Below are positions 17,753 through 25,888 of a stretch of DNA of 64,000 bases, piece by piece. Position numbers and translations under genes: made by a program. The notes beneath the pieces were generated by a model. The model saw only the letters and a program-made list of their open reading frames with translations, had not been told where the DNA came from and ran no database searches. The stretch's first letter is position 1, and every line of letters starts with the position of its first letter. The stretch covers positions 186,001-250,000 of the IMG/VR virus record IMGVR_UViG_3300037882_003354. One strand, given 5' to 3'.

Positions 17753-18733
17753 TTACTTGCCAAAGCTCTTGAGTGGGCTGGTGGTGTGTGTTGCACCCTT
17801 GACACTGTTGTCGCCAGATCCAGCACCAACTGCTGTGCCTTCGCTGCCGTTGTTCTTGCTGGCTGCGGCCAAACCGTGTGCATCACCAACCTTCTGCAGG
17901 TTCTTGACACCCATTTTGCCACCAGGAACATTACCAGCAGACTTGGCAAACTTGTCGCCGCTGTCTGGTGTGATGCCCTTGTTTACTTTATTTGGGCTGG
18001 TTCCGGTGTTGTTTTGACCTTCTGTGCCACCCTTGGCAATGTTGCCAGAGTTTGCACCAGTGGTGGGCTTGCCAGATCCAGAGCTGATGGGGCTGCGTCC
18101 TTCTGTAGGAGCGCCGTCTTTTTCACCAGTGCCAGCACCTGCGTATTGACCTTGTGACTTCTGACTGTTCTTGTCCCAGTCGTTACCAACTTTTTCCACA
18201 TATTCACGTGTGACGCGACGGTTTTCCATCATGCCCATCATTTCGTCGGCTTCCTCGTCATCTTGGCTGTCCATGTCCATGTCATCTTCACTGTCCATGT
18301 CCATGTCGTCTTCTTCACCGCCTTGGGCAGCTTCTAGTTCGGCAAACGCGGCTTCTAGTTCTTGGATGGCGTTCTTGATGTCAAAGATGGCTTGGTCTTC
18401 GTCGCTTTCGGCTCCCATTTCTTGGTCGTCACCGTCAGCGCCGATGTCTGAACCAAATTTGTCGGCTGCATCGCCTTCTTCTCCACCGTCAAATCCGTCG
18501 GTGTCATCGTCAGCATCCATCATGTAGCTGTCTTCCAGCTCTTCTTCAGATTCTTCCATGGATTCGTCTTCCATAGACTCTTCCATATCTTTCTCTTCAT
18601 CGGCCTCTTCGGCGATTAAATTTTCATAGATATCTCTAGACTTCTCCACAACGATTTCATGGAAAAGCTCGTTGGCCTTATCCATTTCTTCATTTACCAG
18701 GTAGTCCAGTAGTTGTTCAAATTTTGTAGACAT
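17753..18733 (-). CDS. Acidic prohead core protein (gp67-like position; likely start MSTKFEQ)
   Basis: SD AAGGAG precedes ATG 18733. Very D/E-rich N-terminal half and G/K/S-rich C-terminal half. Located between portal and protease. Confidence 0.65.
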   Translation of the reverse strand: MSTKFEQLLDYLVNEEMDKANELFHEIVVEKSRDIYENLIAEEADEEKDMEESMEDESMEESEEELEDSYMMDADDDTDGFDGGEEGDAADKFGSDIGADGDDQEMGAESDEDQAIFDIKNAIQELEAAFAELEAAQGGEEDDMDMDSEDDMDMDSQDDEEADEMMGMMENRRVTREYVEKVGNDWDKNSQKSQGQYAGAGTGEKDGAPTEGRSPISSGSGKPTTGANSGNIAKGGTEGQNNTGTSPNKVNKGITPDSGDKFAKSAGNVPGGKMGVKNLQKVGDAHGLAAASKNNGSEGTAVGAGSGDNSVKGATHTTSPLKSFGK

Positions 18734-18777
18734 TGCAATATTTCTCCTTGTTGGGTGGGGCGGCATGGCTGTAAGTG

Positions 18778-18783
18778 TATTTA
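18778..18783 (-). promoter_or_regulatory. Putative late promoter TAAATA for the head operon
   Basis: TGTAAATACAC in the intergenic gap. Confidence 0.6.
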
Positions 18784-18845
18784 CAAACGCATTAGAATAC
18801 TTATGCCAAACAGGCTAAAAACAGCCAGTTTTGGATATTTGCAAG

Positions 18846-19088
18846 TCAAGCAGCCGCTTCTGATGGCGGTGCTGCATACATCTTACGAATCAATCCCAAC
18901 TCTTCTTGTTTTTCACGTGCTCTGGCATCGCCGGCCAGGCGCAAACCATTGAGCATGCCCAGTGTCAGTCGAGTCTTGCGCAGGTCAGTTTGTCGTAGGA
19001 TGGAAGTGTCGTTTTGACTCTGATACCGGTCATCCTCCTGCGGGCCCTGGTGCTCTCGATCAAAATAAATGAATTCTCGTAAAAACAT
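18846..19088 (-). CDS. Small head-module protein (likely start MFLREFIYF)
   Basis: 80 aa with DLRKTRLTL motif. TAAATA at 19096-19101 lies 7 nt before the ATG. Confidence 0.6.
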   Translation of the reverse strand: MFLREFIYFDREHQGPQEDDRYQSQNDTSILRQTDLRKTRLTLGMLNGLRLAGDARAREKQEELGLIRKMYAAPPSEAAA

Positions 19089-19105
19089 GATCAAGTATTT
19101 ATGAA

Positions 19106-20842
19106 TTATGCTGCAGGAGGGGTTGGTGAGGCTGCACCTGGTGTGCCACCTGCCGCCATGTCCTGACCTTCAGCACCAGGCTCCTGGGCAGGTGGCTGTG
19201 CAGTGGTACTTAGACCACTGAGATCACCAGTCATGCCGTTGGCTGTGATGCCGGCATTGCGTAATTCTGCGCTGGCCGACAGGTTGGTGTCGGTGTCCAC
19301 GTTTTCTTCGCGCCATAGTGTCTCGTTCTCAGCCAATTCTTCAGCGGTCAAGCCCAGGAATCGCTTGAGTGCAAAGCGTTTGCTGATGTGCGGCACTGCC
19401 ATCATGGTGGTATACGTGGTCACACGCGCAGTATCCATCTCAGTCTGACGATAGGCCGCAAAATTCTGCGGTGGATTGAACTTTAAGTCGAAGATGTTGC
19501 TGTCAATGTTGATGCCCTTGGCATGCAGGTACATTTTAAACTCAAGATCGAAGGGCTCGTTGATTAAACTTTGGAGTCGTTCGCAGTATTTGTTGAATCG
19601 GAGCTCTTGTATATAGGCTGTCCCCACTCGTCCGTCATTGAAGTTGCTCCCTCCATCATCCGATCCAGTAGGTAGATAACTGCTAGGAATACGCAGGGCA
19701 CGAAACAGTTTATTAGTAAAGTACTTAAGGTCATCAATTTCTCCTAGGTTTTGACCGCCTTGAAGTATTTCAACCTTGCTGCCGCGGCCTTCTGCTGTCT
19801 GAGGGAAGAAATAATCCTCATTTACTGAGAGGGGGTTAAAACTGGCATCAACCACACTCTGACTGCCACCAGTGGTACTGGGGATTCTACGTTGATTTAC
19901 TTCATTTTTCACACGTTCAACAAAACTCATGGCCAAATGGCTGGGCATGTTGCCCACGTCAATGTAAAACACACGCCGTTCAGGTGCACGCTGTATGCGA
20001 TAGATTAGAATGGCATCTTCCAGCAGTTCCTTTTGCTTGAACACCTTGAATATACTCTCCAACAGGCTGTTGCCGAATGGGAAGTTGTTGTCCAGGCCCT
20101 CGCTCATGCTCAGGTGTATGACATGTCGGGCATCTATGGCATATTGATTTTGGTTCTGCGCAAATCTGCTGGAATTCGTGGATGTGGGGAATGATCCCAC
20201 CATGCCGCGGCTGCCACCAGCCCCTCCCTGTCCTGTGCCGTAACTGCCACCAAAGGAACTACTGCCACCCTGGGTGTTACTGGGCTGAATGGCAGTGGTG
20301 GCCAGTGTTTCAAAGTTGGGATTAAAGTCTCGGATGTGGTACTGCTCGGGTTTCTTGCCTTCTGACTCGTTGACAATGATTTTGTCCACCTTGGCAGGGT
20401 CCACATACATCCAACTCTGTGTTTCAGGGTCACGAACAAAGAAACTGTCGCCATACTTGAAGGCATTACGCACGATCTTGAATATTCTGATGTTAAACTT
20501 GTTTAACTTGGTCCACTGTTGCAGATACTTCTTGATGATCTTGATTTCAGTGCTGGTGGCCTGATCCTTGAAGAACACCTGGAAGGGAGTGCCGTTTTCG
20601 TCACTGGGCTGTGTGCAGAATTCTGCCAGAATGTCCAGTGCAGCGTTGACCTCACTGTCTGAATCCATGGTATCATACTGACCATAACGTTCCAGTCGGT
20701 TGGGATGCCCGGCATACACATCCGGCAGGTAACTGGAGTAGTTGGTTCTGCTGGGATTGCCGGAATTTGACCCCATGCTGCCATTAATCGGACTCAGTTT
20801 GCCCGAAGTTTCTACAGGGGTGAAATATTTACGCCATGACAT
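19106..20842 (-). CDS. gp20: Portal protein, T4 gp20 family
   Basis: Motifs LLEDAILIYRIQRAPERRVFYIDVGNMP, EDYFFP, GRGSKVEILQGGQNLGEIDDLKYF and LRIPSSYL. Confidence 0.97.
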   Translation of the reverse strand: MSWRKYFTPVETSGKLSPINGSMGSNSGNPSRTNYSSYLPDVYAGHPNRLERYGQYDTMDSDSEVNAALDILAEFCTQPSDENGTPFQVFFKDQATSTEIKIIKKYLQQWTKLNKFNIRIFKIVRNAFKYGDSFFVRDPETQSWMYVDPAKVDKIIVNESEGKKPEQYHIRDFNPNFETLATTAIQPSNTQGGSSSFGGSYGTGQGGAGGSRGMVGSFPTSTNSSRFAQNQNQYAIDARHVIHLSMSEGLDNNFPFGNSLLESIFKVFKQKELLEDAILIYRIQRAPERRVFYIDVGNMPSHLAMSFVERVKNEVNQRRIPSTTGGSQSVVDASFNPLSVNEDYFFPQTAEGRGSKVEILQGGQNLGEIDDLKYFTNKLFRALRIPSSYLPTGSDDGGSNFNDGRVGTAYIQELRFNKYCERLQSLINEPFDLEFKMYLHAKGINIDSNIFDLKFNPPQNFAAYRQTEMDTARVTTYTTMMAVPHISKRFALKRFLGLTAEELAENETLWREENVDTDTNLSASAELRNAGITANGMTGDLSGLSTTAQPPAQEPGAEGQDMAAGGTPGAASPTPPAA

Positions 20843-20854
20843 TGTGCATACCTT

Positions 20855-23158
20855 TTATATGGATGGGAAGAGATTACCGTTCAGTGATCGAGTGGCATCC
20901 ACGGTGCGTTTTGTGTAATCCGCAGTCTCCTTCACGTATTTAAGCATTTCCCGCATGGTAGTATTTAATGCTTGCACATCTGTCTGTAAAGTTTTTGTCT
21001 GAGATTCAAATTCCACAGGTTTGGGCATGGGGCCTTCTTTAATTTCAGCAGCATCCTTGGCTTCTTTGGTTTTATCAGATGTACTTTTGAGCCATTCCCC
21101 TGCCATTTTACCAAGTCCACCGCCAGTAAACCCACCAACTGCACCACCAATCAGGCCACCAATAGCTGTTCCCAGGATAGGCACTACTGATCCCATGGCT
21201 GCGCCCAGGGCGGCACCTGCCGCAGCACCCGCCAAGCCGCCACCTGCTTCCCCAACAGCACCACCCTTGGCTTTCTTTGCTTCCTCTTCAGTGAGTTCCC
21301 CGCTTGCTTGTTGTTCATTGATGTCACCAAGATTGCCGTACAGACTGGCCGCACCCAGTACAGCGCCCGCTGCGCCCCCAATTTTGGCGAATTTACCCGC
21401 GGCCTTCATCATGTCACTGGGTGCCTTGCCACCAGGTTTACCAGGACCACCAGGCCCGCCACCCAGTCCTCCGCCTAGCGCAATTACATACATGGGGTTA
21501 CCTCTGGAGCCCAACGGGCCTAATCCTGCTAGAGCACCTTTTACTCCACCGCCCTTGCCAAAACCTGCGGAAAGCCTTTTGGCAGTTTCGACCGCAGTTG
21601 CCGCAGCAGTTGCCACCTTGAGGGCAACGAACCCCGCTGTTATTGCAATTATGGCAACACCCAAGCCAGTTAAAAGTTTGGGACTTTCTAAAAGATACTT
21701 GGCAAAATCAGCAAACCCAATGGTCACTTTATTAACAAACCCAATTAGTTCTGCAAAGATCGGCATCAATCTGTTGATAATTTGTTGTCCTAATTCATTT
21801 AATGATTTTTTGGCTTCAGCAGCACTAGCAGCTTCAGAAGCCACACGCTCTTTTTGCTTGGCAGCAATTTCTTTACGTTGATTTTCCGCGTCCTGTTCTG
21901 TTTTAATACCTTGCTGTTCATTGCGATTGGCAGTGGCGGTAATTGTACTCATGGTGTCTGAATAAGACCCGTTGGATAACATTAATGCATTAGAAGTCTG
22001 TCCTAGGTCTTTCTTTGTTTGGTTAGCAGCGACACCTAATGCATCACTTGCTTTTTTAACATCATTTAATCCTTTACTACTATCGTTGACCGCCGCCGCC
22101 ATTTGATTGTTCGCCGCCGCCATTTTGGGTGCGACCGCGGTAAATTCTTGTGCGGCTTTTGTCATTGGGGGCAATCCCAATAATTGACTTGTCAAGGCTT
22201 GAGCTGCTCCTTTACCACCTTTTGCTAATGCTTCTGCCATTGCGGCGTTGGCTTTCTCTTTACCCTTTTCATCTAATGTTAGCAAATAAGATTGATATGC
22301 TTGATTGGCCGTTGCTTCTTTTAATTCTTGCTCTTGTGCTTCTCTACTTTTACCAGTTATTTGTGCTAATGCATCTAACTGCGCCATATATTCACCGGCG
22401 GCCGCCGACAATTTTTGCGTATCCTGCATCTCAGTTTTATTTCTACCACCCGTCATGGCAATGTAACTGGCCAATCCCGCATTGGCCTGGTCTGAGGTGT
22501 AACCTAATGCGCGAAGTTGATCACCTATTTCGCTTTTTTGCATTTGATTTGCAACTTTTACAAATGCTCGCGCACCTTCGTCAGCAGTGCCACCCATTTT
22601 GGCAAATGCTTGACTATTATCTTTTAACAACTTGGTAAATCCGTCCAGTGTCATGTATGTACTGGCTGCTGACATGCGCATCTGACTGAGACTTCCACCA
22701 AAGTTTATACCAGCACTGCTTAAATCTTGATAAGTTTTTAAATATGACTCTTGTACAAGTGCCAACTTTTGCATGCCACCAAATACGGCACCAGTCACAC
22801 CACCCATTTTGGCAAAAGATCCAAAGACATCACTGGCTTCAGCACTGCCGCTGGCCAATTTTTTAGTCAGGTCAACAGCTTCATTAAATGCTTTGCTGAC
22901 CGACCCGGCGGCAAATCCCAGGGCTTCAAAACCTGTGCCCAGTTTAGCGCCAGTGGCGCCGGCTTTCTGCATGCCCTGGTTGGCGGCTGCCACTGAGGCT
23001 GGATTTATTCCGCTCTGCTGTGCCAGCTTCTGAATGCTGGCCATGCTCTGCTTGTTGGCGGCCAGGCTACTTTGCAGTAATAGTTTTAACGTGGCTTCCG
23101 TGGCGGCATTATTAAGTTCAACTGCCGCGTTACCGATCGTGCCTGTTACATCTGCCAT
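20855..23158 (-). CDS. Probable tail tape-measure protein (gp29-like)
   Basis: 767 aa, Ala-rich and helical, with a hydrophobic segment and glycine zipper (GAAAGAALGAAMGSVVPILGTAIGGLIGGAVGG). Divergent from the gp26-like chaperone. Confidence 0.7.
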   Translation of the reverse strand: MADVTGTIGNAAVELNNAATEATLKLLLQSSLAANKQSMASIQKLAQQSGINPASVAAANQGMQKAGATGAKLGTGFEALGFAAGSVSKAFNEAVDLTKKLASGSAEASDVFGSFAKMGGVTGAVFGGMQKLALVQESYLKTYQDLSSAGINFGGSLSQMRMSAASTYMTLDGFTKLLKDNSQAFAKMGGTADEGARAFVKVANQMQKSEIGDQLRALGYTSDQANAGLASYIAMTGGRNKTEMQDTQKLSAAAGEYMAQLDALAQITGKSREAQEQELKEATANQAYQSYLLTLDEKGKEKANAAMAEALAKGGKGAAQALTSQLLGLPPMTKAAQEFTAVAPKMAAANNQMAAAVNDSSKGLNDVKKASDALGVAANQTKKDLGQTSNALMLSNGSYSDTMSTITATANRNEQQGIKTEQDAENQRKEIAAKQKERVASEAASAAEAKKSLNELGQQIINRLMPIFAELIGFVNKVTIGFADFAKYLLESPKLLTGLGVAIIAITAGFVALKVATAAATAVETAKRLSAGFGKGGGVKGALAGLGPLGSRGNPMYVIALGGGLGGGPGGPGKPGGKAPSDMMKAAGKFAKIGGAAGAVLGAASLYGNLGDINEQQASGELTEEEAKKAKGGAVGEAGGGLAGAAAGAALGAAMGSVVPILGTAIGGLIGGAVGGFTGGGLGKMAGEWLKSTSDKTKEAKDAAEIKEGPMPKPVEFESQTKTLQTDVQALNTTMREMLKYVKETADYTKRTVDATRSLNGNLFPSI

Positions 23159-23184
23159 TGTTTTTCCAGTGTTATCTGCGTAGA

Positions 23185-23225
23185 TAAATATCTTGACGAC
23201 TACTTATCATAGTGTCAGTTATTTA
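23185..23225. promoter_or_regulatory. Pair of opposed TAAATA motifs (+ at 23185-23190, - at 23220-23225)
   Basis: One motif per divergent gene, oriented face to face. Confidence 0.55.
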
Positions 23226-23240
23226 CCGGAGATAAAGATC

Positions 23241-24104
23241 ATGATACCGCAACAGCCAGGCAATCCATTAACATCTTTCATGCGGCAACCCAAGATTTAC
23301 ATCAGGCTGCCTAGTAATGGTGAGTATTGGCCCGCAGGGTCATTACAAATGACAGAAACTGGCGAATTTCCCGTGTACTCCATGACTGCCAGGGACGAGT
23401 TGTTGATCAAAGTGCCCGATGCACTGATGAACGGCCAGGCCATAGTGGATGTTGTGCAGAATTGCATGCCCAATATTAAAAATGCCTGGATGATACCCAG
23501 CATTGACATGGATGTCATACTGATTGCCATTAGATTGGCCACATACGGTGAAAAAATGACCACACCCATTACATTTGGTGAGGACATTGAAATGGAACAC
23601 GTGGTGGATCTGCGTTCAGTCATGGACACCATGATGAATCAGATCGCCTGGGATCCTGTGGTGTCCATCAACCAGGATTTGACTGTGTTTGTCAAACCCT
23701 TGACCTACAAACAGATGACTGAAACTGCATTGCAGACATTCGAAACTCAAAAGATCATGCAGCTAGCCAACGATGAAAAAATGAATGAAGATGACAAGTT
23801 GGCCATGTTCAAGGAAAGTTTTAAAAAGTTAACCAATGCCACAGTGGGCACAGTCAGTGCCGGCATCTTCAAGATTGACAGCAGTCAGGGCAGCACAGAC
23901 AATCCAATATACATTAAAGAGTTCATTGACAACATCGACAAGGACATCTTTAATAAAATCCAAGAACACTTGGAGATGCTGAAAGATAAAAATACCATCA
24001 AACCAATCAATGTACCTGTAACAGATGACATGAGGGAAAAAGGCATCACAGGGGAAGTTGTTGAAATCCCCTTAATATTTGATGCTTCAACTTTTTTCGT
24101 ATAA
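23241..24104 (+). CDS. gp26: Baseplate hub assembly chaperone, T4 gp26-like (likely start MIPQQPGNPL)
   Basis: SD GGAG precedes ATG 23241. Motifs PKIYIRLPSNG, MTARDELL and IDMDVILIAIRLATYGE. Ends in STFFV. Confidence 0.75.
   Translation: MIPQQPGNPLTSFMRQPKIYIRLPSNGEYWPAGSLQMTETGEFPVYSMTARDELLIKVPDALMNGQAIVDVVQNCMPNIKNAWMIPSIDMDVILIAIRLATYGEKMTTPITFGEDIEMEHVVDLRSVMDTMMNQIAWDPVVSINQDLTVFVKPLTYKQMTETALQTFETQKIMQLANDEKMNEDDKLAMFKESFKKLTNATVGTVSAGIFKIDSSQGSTDNPIYIKEFIDNIDKDIFNKIQEHLEMLKDKNTIKPINVPVTDDMREKGITGEVVEIPLIFDASTFFV
24092..24098 (+). other. Putative -1 ribosomal frameshift site T TTT TTC
   Basis: X XXY YYZ heptamer in the gp26 frame, one codon before its stop. The -1 frame runs into the 24110..24328 ORF. 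Confidence 0.6.
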
Positions 24105-24109
24105 GGCTT

Positions 24110-24328
24110 TTGAACCTCGATAACGCAGGTATCGAGAGGTTGGTCAGACAGCATGATGACCATACAAAAGCCATCAAAGAAGAGTTGTTGAGAATGTGCT
24201 GGTACATGCGAGGTGGGCTGAGTTACAATGAAGCCCACCTGCTGACCGTGGAAGAACGTGCGTTGGTTAACAAGATTATTGAAGGCAACCTGGAAACCAC
24301 CAAAGAAACACAGTTGCCTTTCTTTTAA
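24110..24328 (+). CDS. gp51-like baseplate/tail assembly domain, probably expressed as a frameshift extension of gp26
   Basis: CWYMRGGLSYNEAHLLTVEER resembles the gp51/gpT-type motif. It has only a TTG start with a poorly spaced SD. Confidence 0.6.
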   Translation: MNLDNAGIERLVRQHDDHTKAIKEELLRMCWYMRGGLSYNEAHLLTVEERALVNKIIEGNLETTKETQLPFF

Positions 24329-24942
24329 ATCTTTTTGTCCAAGAACTTACTGTGAAATATCACAGATTCTGACGTGGTCGTACGGTTGGGATTGTTAGGG
24401 TTGGCCACATGCGTGCGGCTAGTGGGTAGTCTAGTAACTGTACCACCTGTACTAGACGTTGGGTTTAATTGATTTGCCATCTGCGCCATGGCACCACCAG
24501 CTGGCGCAGCGGCCGGTTTAGCTGCCTGCGCAGAACCCAATTGTTTTTGCAGGAGTGCTAATATGCGTTGCTTGCCCTTGGCGTCCAACTGATTGATGTT
24601 AGTTTTGACTTGGTTATACAATGATGGTGCAGCCGCTGGCTGCGGTGTCGTCCCAGGGGTAGAGGTTGCTGGAGCAGTCGCAGACTGTGCTGTTGCTGAG
24701 GGAGCAGTTGTAGACGCAGGCGCTGTCCCAGTTGCATCATCTCCTGCACCAGCTACATAGTTCTTGCCTGCTTGGTATCCTGTCTTGACAGCACTCCCAA
24801 GTCCAGCCACACCGCCGGCAACAGCACCAACGCCCTTGGCGGCAGTACCGACAGCTTTGCCTATACCAGCACCAATTTTATTCAGAATTGGTCCTTCCTC
24901 AACCGGCTCGGTGTTTTCTATAATTAAGTCATGTATTCTCAT
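24325..24942 (-). CDS. Hypothetical low-complexity protein, possible internal head protein
   Basis: 205 aa, Ala/Gly/Thr/Pro-rich, N-terminus MRIHDLIIE. SD GAGG and TAAATA at 24966-24971 lie upstream. Confidence 0.6.
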   Translation of the reverse strand: MRIHDLIIENTEPVEEGPILNKIGAGIGKAVGTAAKGVGAVAGGVAGLGSAVKTGYQAGKNYVAGAGDDATGTAPASTTAPSATAQSATAPATSTPGTTPQPAAAPSLYNQVKTNINQLDAKGKQRILALLQKQLGSAQAAKPAAAPAGGAMAQMANQLNPTSSTGGTVTRLPTSRTHVANPNNPNRTTTSESVIFHSKFLDKKI

Positions 24943-24986
24943 ATAAACCTCTAGGTCAATGCTTTTATTTATGACCTATTGAGGGG

Positions 24987-25029
24987 AAGTGAACTCCGTT
25001 CACTTGCTTCATCGCTGGCGCTCGAAGCA
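24987..25029. repeat. Two adjacent inverted repeats
   Basis: AAGTGAAC-TCC-GTTCACTT (24987-25005) and TGCTTC-N13-GAAGCA (25005-25029). Confidence 0.7.
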
Positions 25030-25084
25030 TTTTTACAAAACACTAACATAATTATATCACCAGGTGTACGGCGAAGCGGAGTTG

Positions 25085-25445
25085 GTATTATCTAGATTAA
25101 GCGGTCACACTTAGCCCACTCGGGGCGAGAGTGTTTGTGAACATTATCTGAGTAGCACAGTCACATAGCGTTAGAGCATTACAGAGGCGGTTGTCCGGTA
25201 CCTCGAGCTCCGTCTTAACAACGGCAGTCAACAAAACATACGCTATCATGCTTGCTGACCCAGGGTTTTTCTCCCTTCATTGGGCCTTTTTAAATTACGT
25301 TCAAACAATCAAACCGCGGCATTTTGCGATCTTCGTCCTGTAAAGGATAGTGATTGAGTGCTCCCTTCAGCGGAGAGTCTTCCGTTCCAGTGACCCTAGG
25401 TCCTGTTGTCATGGGCACCCGATATTTGCCGGTGCTAGCCTATAC
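25085..25445 (-). ncRNA. Candidate large structured non-coding RNA, family not recognised; boundaries approximate
   Basis: Lies in the only long ORF-free tract of the window (24943-25459). About ten helices can be drawn by eye, with G-U pairs valid only on the minus strand and a 7-bp loop-to-distal pairing. Confidence 0.65.
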
Positions 25446-25459
25446 TGAAAAAAGTTGCC

Positions 25460-25885
25460 TTAGAGTTTTTTAATGTGCGAGCCATGTACACGGACACTAA
25501 TTTGCCCGTTGTAATAATCATTAGATTCCAAAACTTTGTGTTCAAACTGAAGTCTTGCTTCAATGTAAGAACACTCTGCCTTGGATTTACAGTAGTACAG
25601 TATCTCTCGCTTGAATTTGTCGGTGCCTATGGTGTTGATATCAGCGGTTAGTTCTACGCTGGATCCATAATAGTCTTGCCAATCGGAGTCAATCTTGCTC
25701 CTAATTTTTTTTCGTTTCTTGGTGCCGTTCTTCAACTTCACAGTCTTGTAGGTCGTTTTACTAAATTTTGCTAGTTTTTTGCCTATGTATTTGCGTCCTG
25801 TGACCATATTGGTTATAAGATAAACATAACCAACACAGTCCTCAGGTAATTCTTCAACTATAGTATTTTCAAAATACCAAGTCAT
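25460..25885 (-). CDS. Minimal GIY-YIG family nuclease (catalytic domain only)
   Basis: GYVYLITNMVTGRKYIGKK, YYGSS, conserved Glu (SYIEARLQ) and Asn (YYNGQI). 141 aa. Confidence 0.85.
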   Translation of the reverse strand: MTWYFENTIVEELPEDCVGYVYLITNMVTGRKYIGKKLAKFSKTTYKTVKLKNGTKKRKKIRSKIDSDWQDYYGSSVELTADINTIGTDKFKREILYYCKSKAECSYIEARLQFEHKVLESNDYYNGQISVRVHGSHIKKL

Positions 25886-25888
25886 CTA

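Noticed and set aside
20965-23033. Long antisense or alternative-frame ORFs (e.g. 21021..21881, also 11960..12706 and 4560..5327)
   Set aside because: They are shadows of strongly supported genes with biased codon usage. They have no recognisable motifs or translation signals.
24943-25459. tRNA, tmRNA or RNase P RNA in the long intergenic tract
   Set aside because: No cloverleaf with T-loop GTTC(G/A)A and acceptor stem, no tmRNA-like ends and no RNase P P4 consensus were seen by eye.
24943-25885. Group I intron with a GIY-YIG homing endonuclease
   Set aside because: The flanking genes look complete rather than split, and I could not find the conserved P7 and J8/7 core sequences. A covariance-model search is still needed to exclude a divergent intron.
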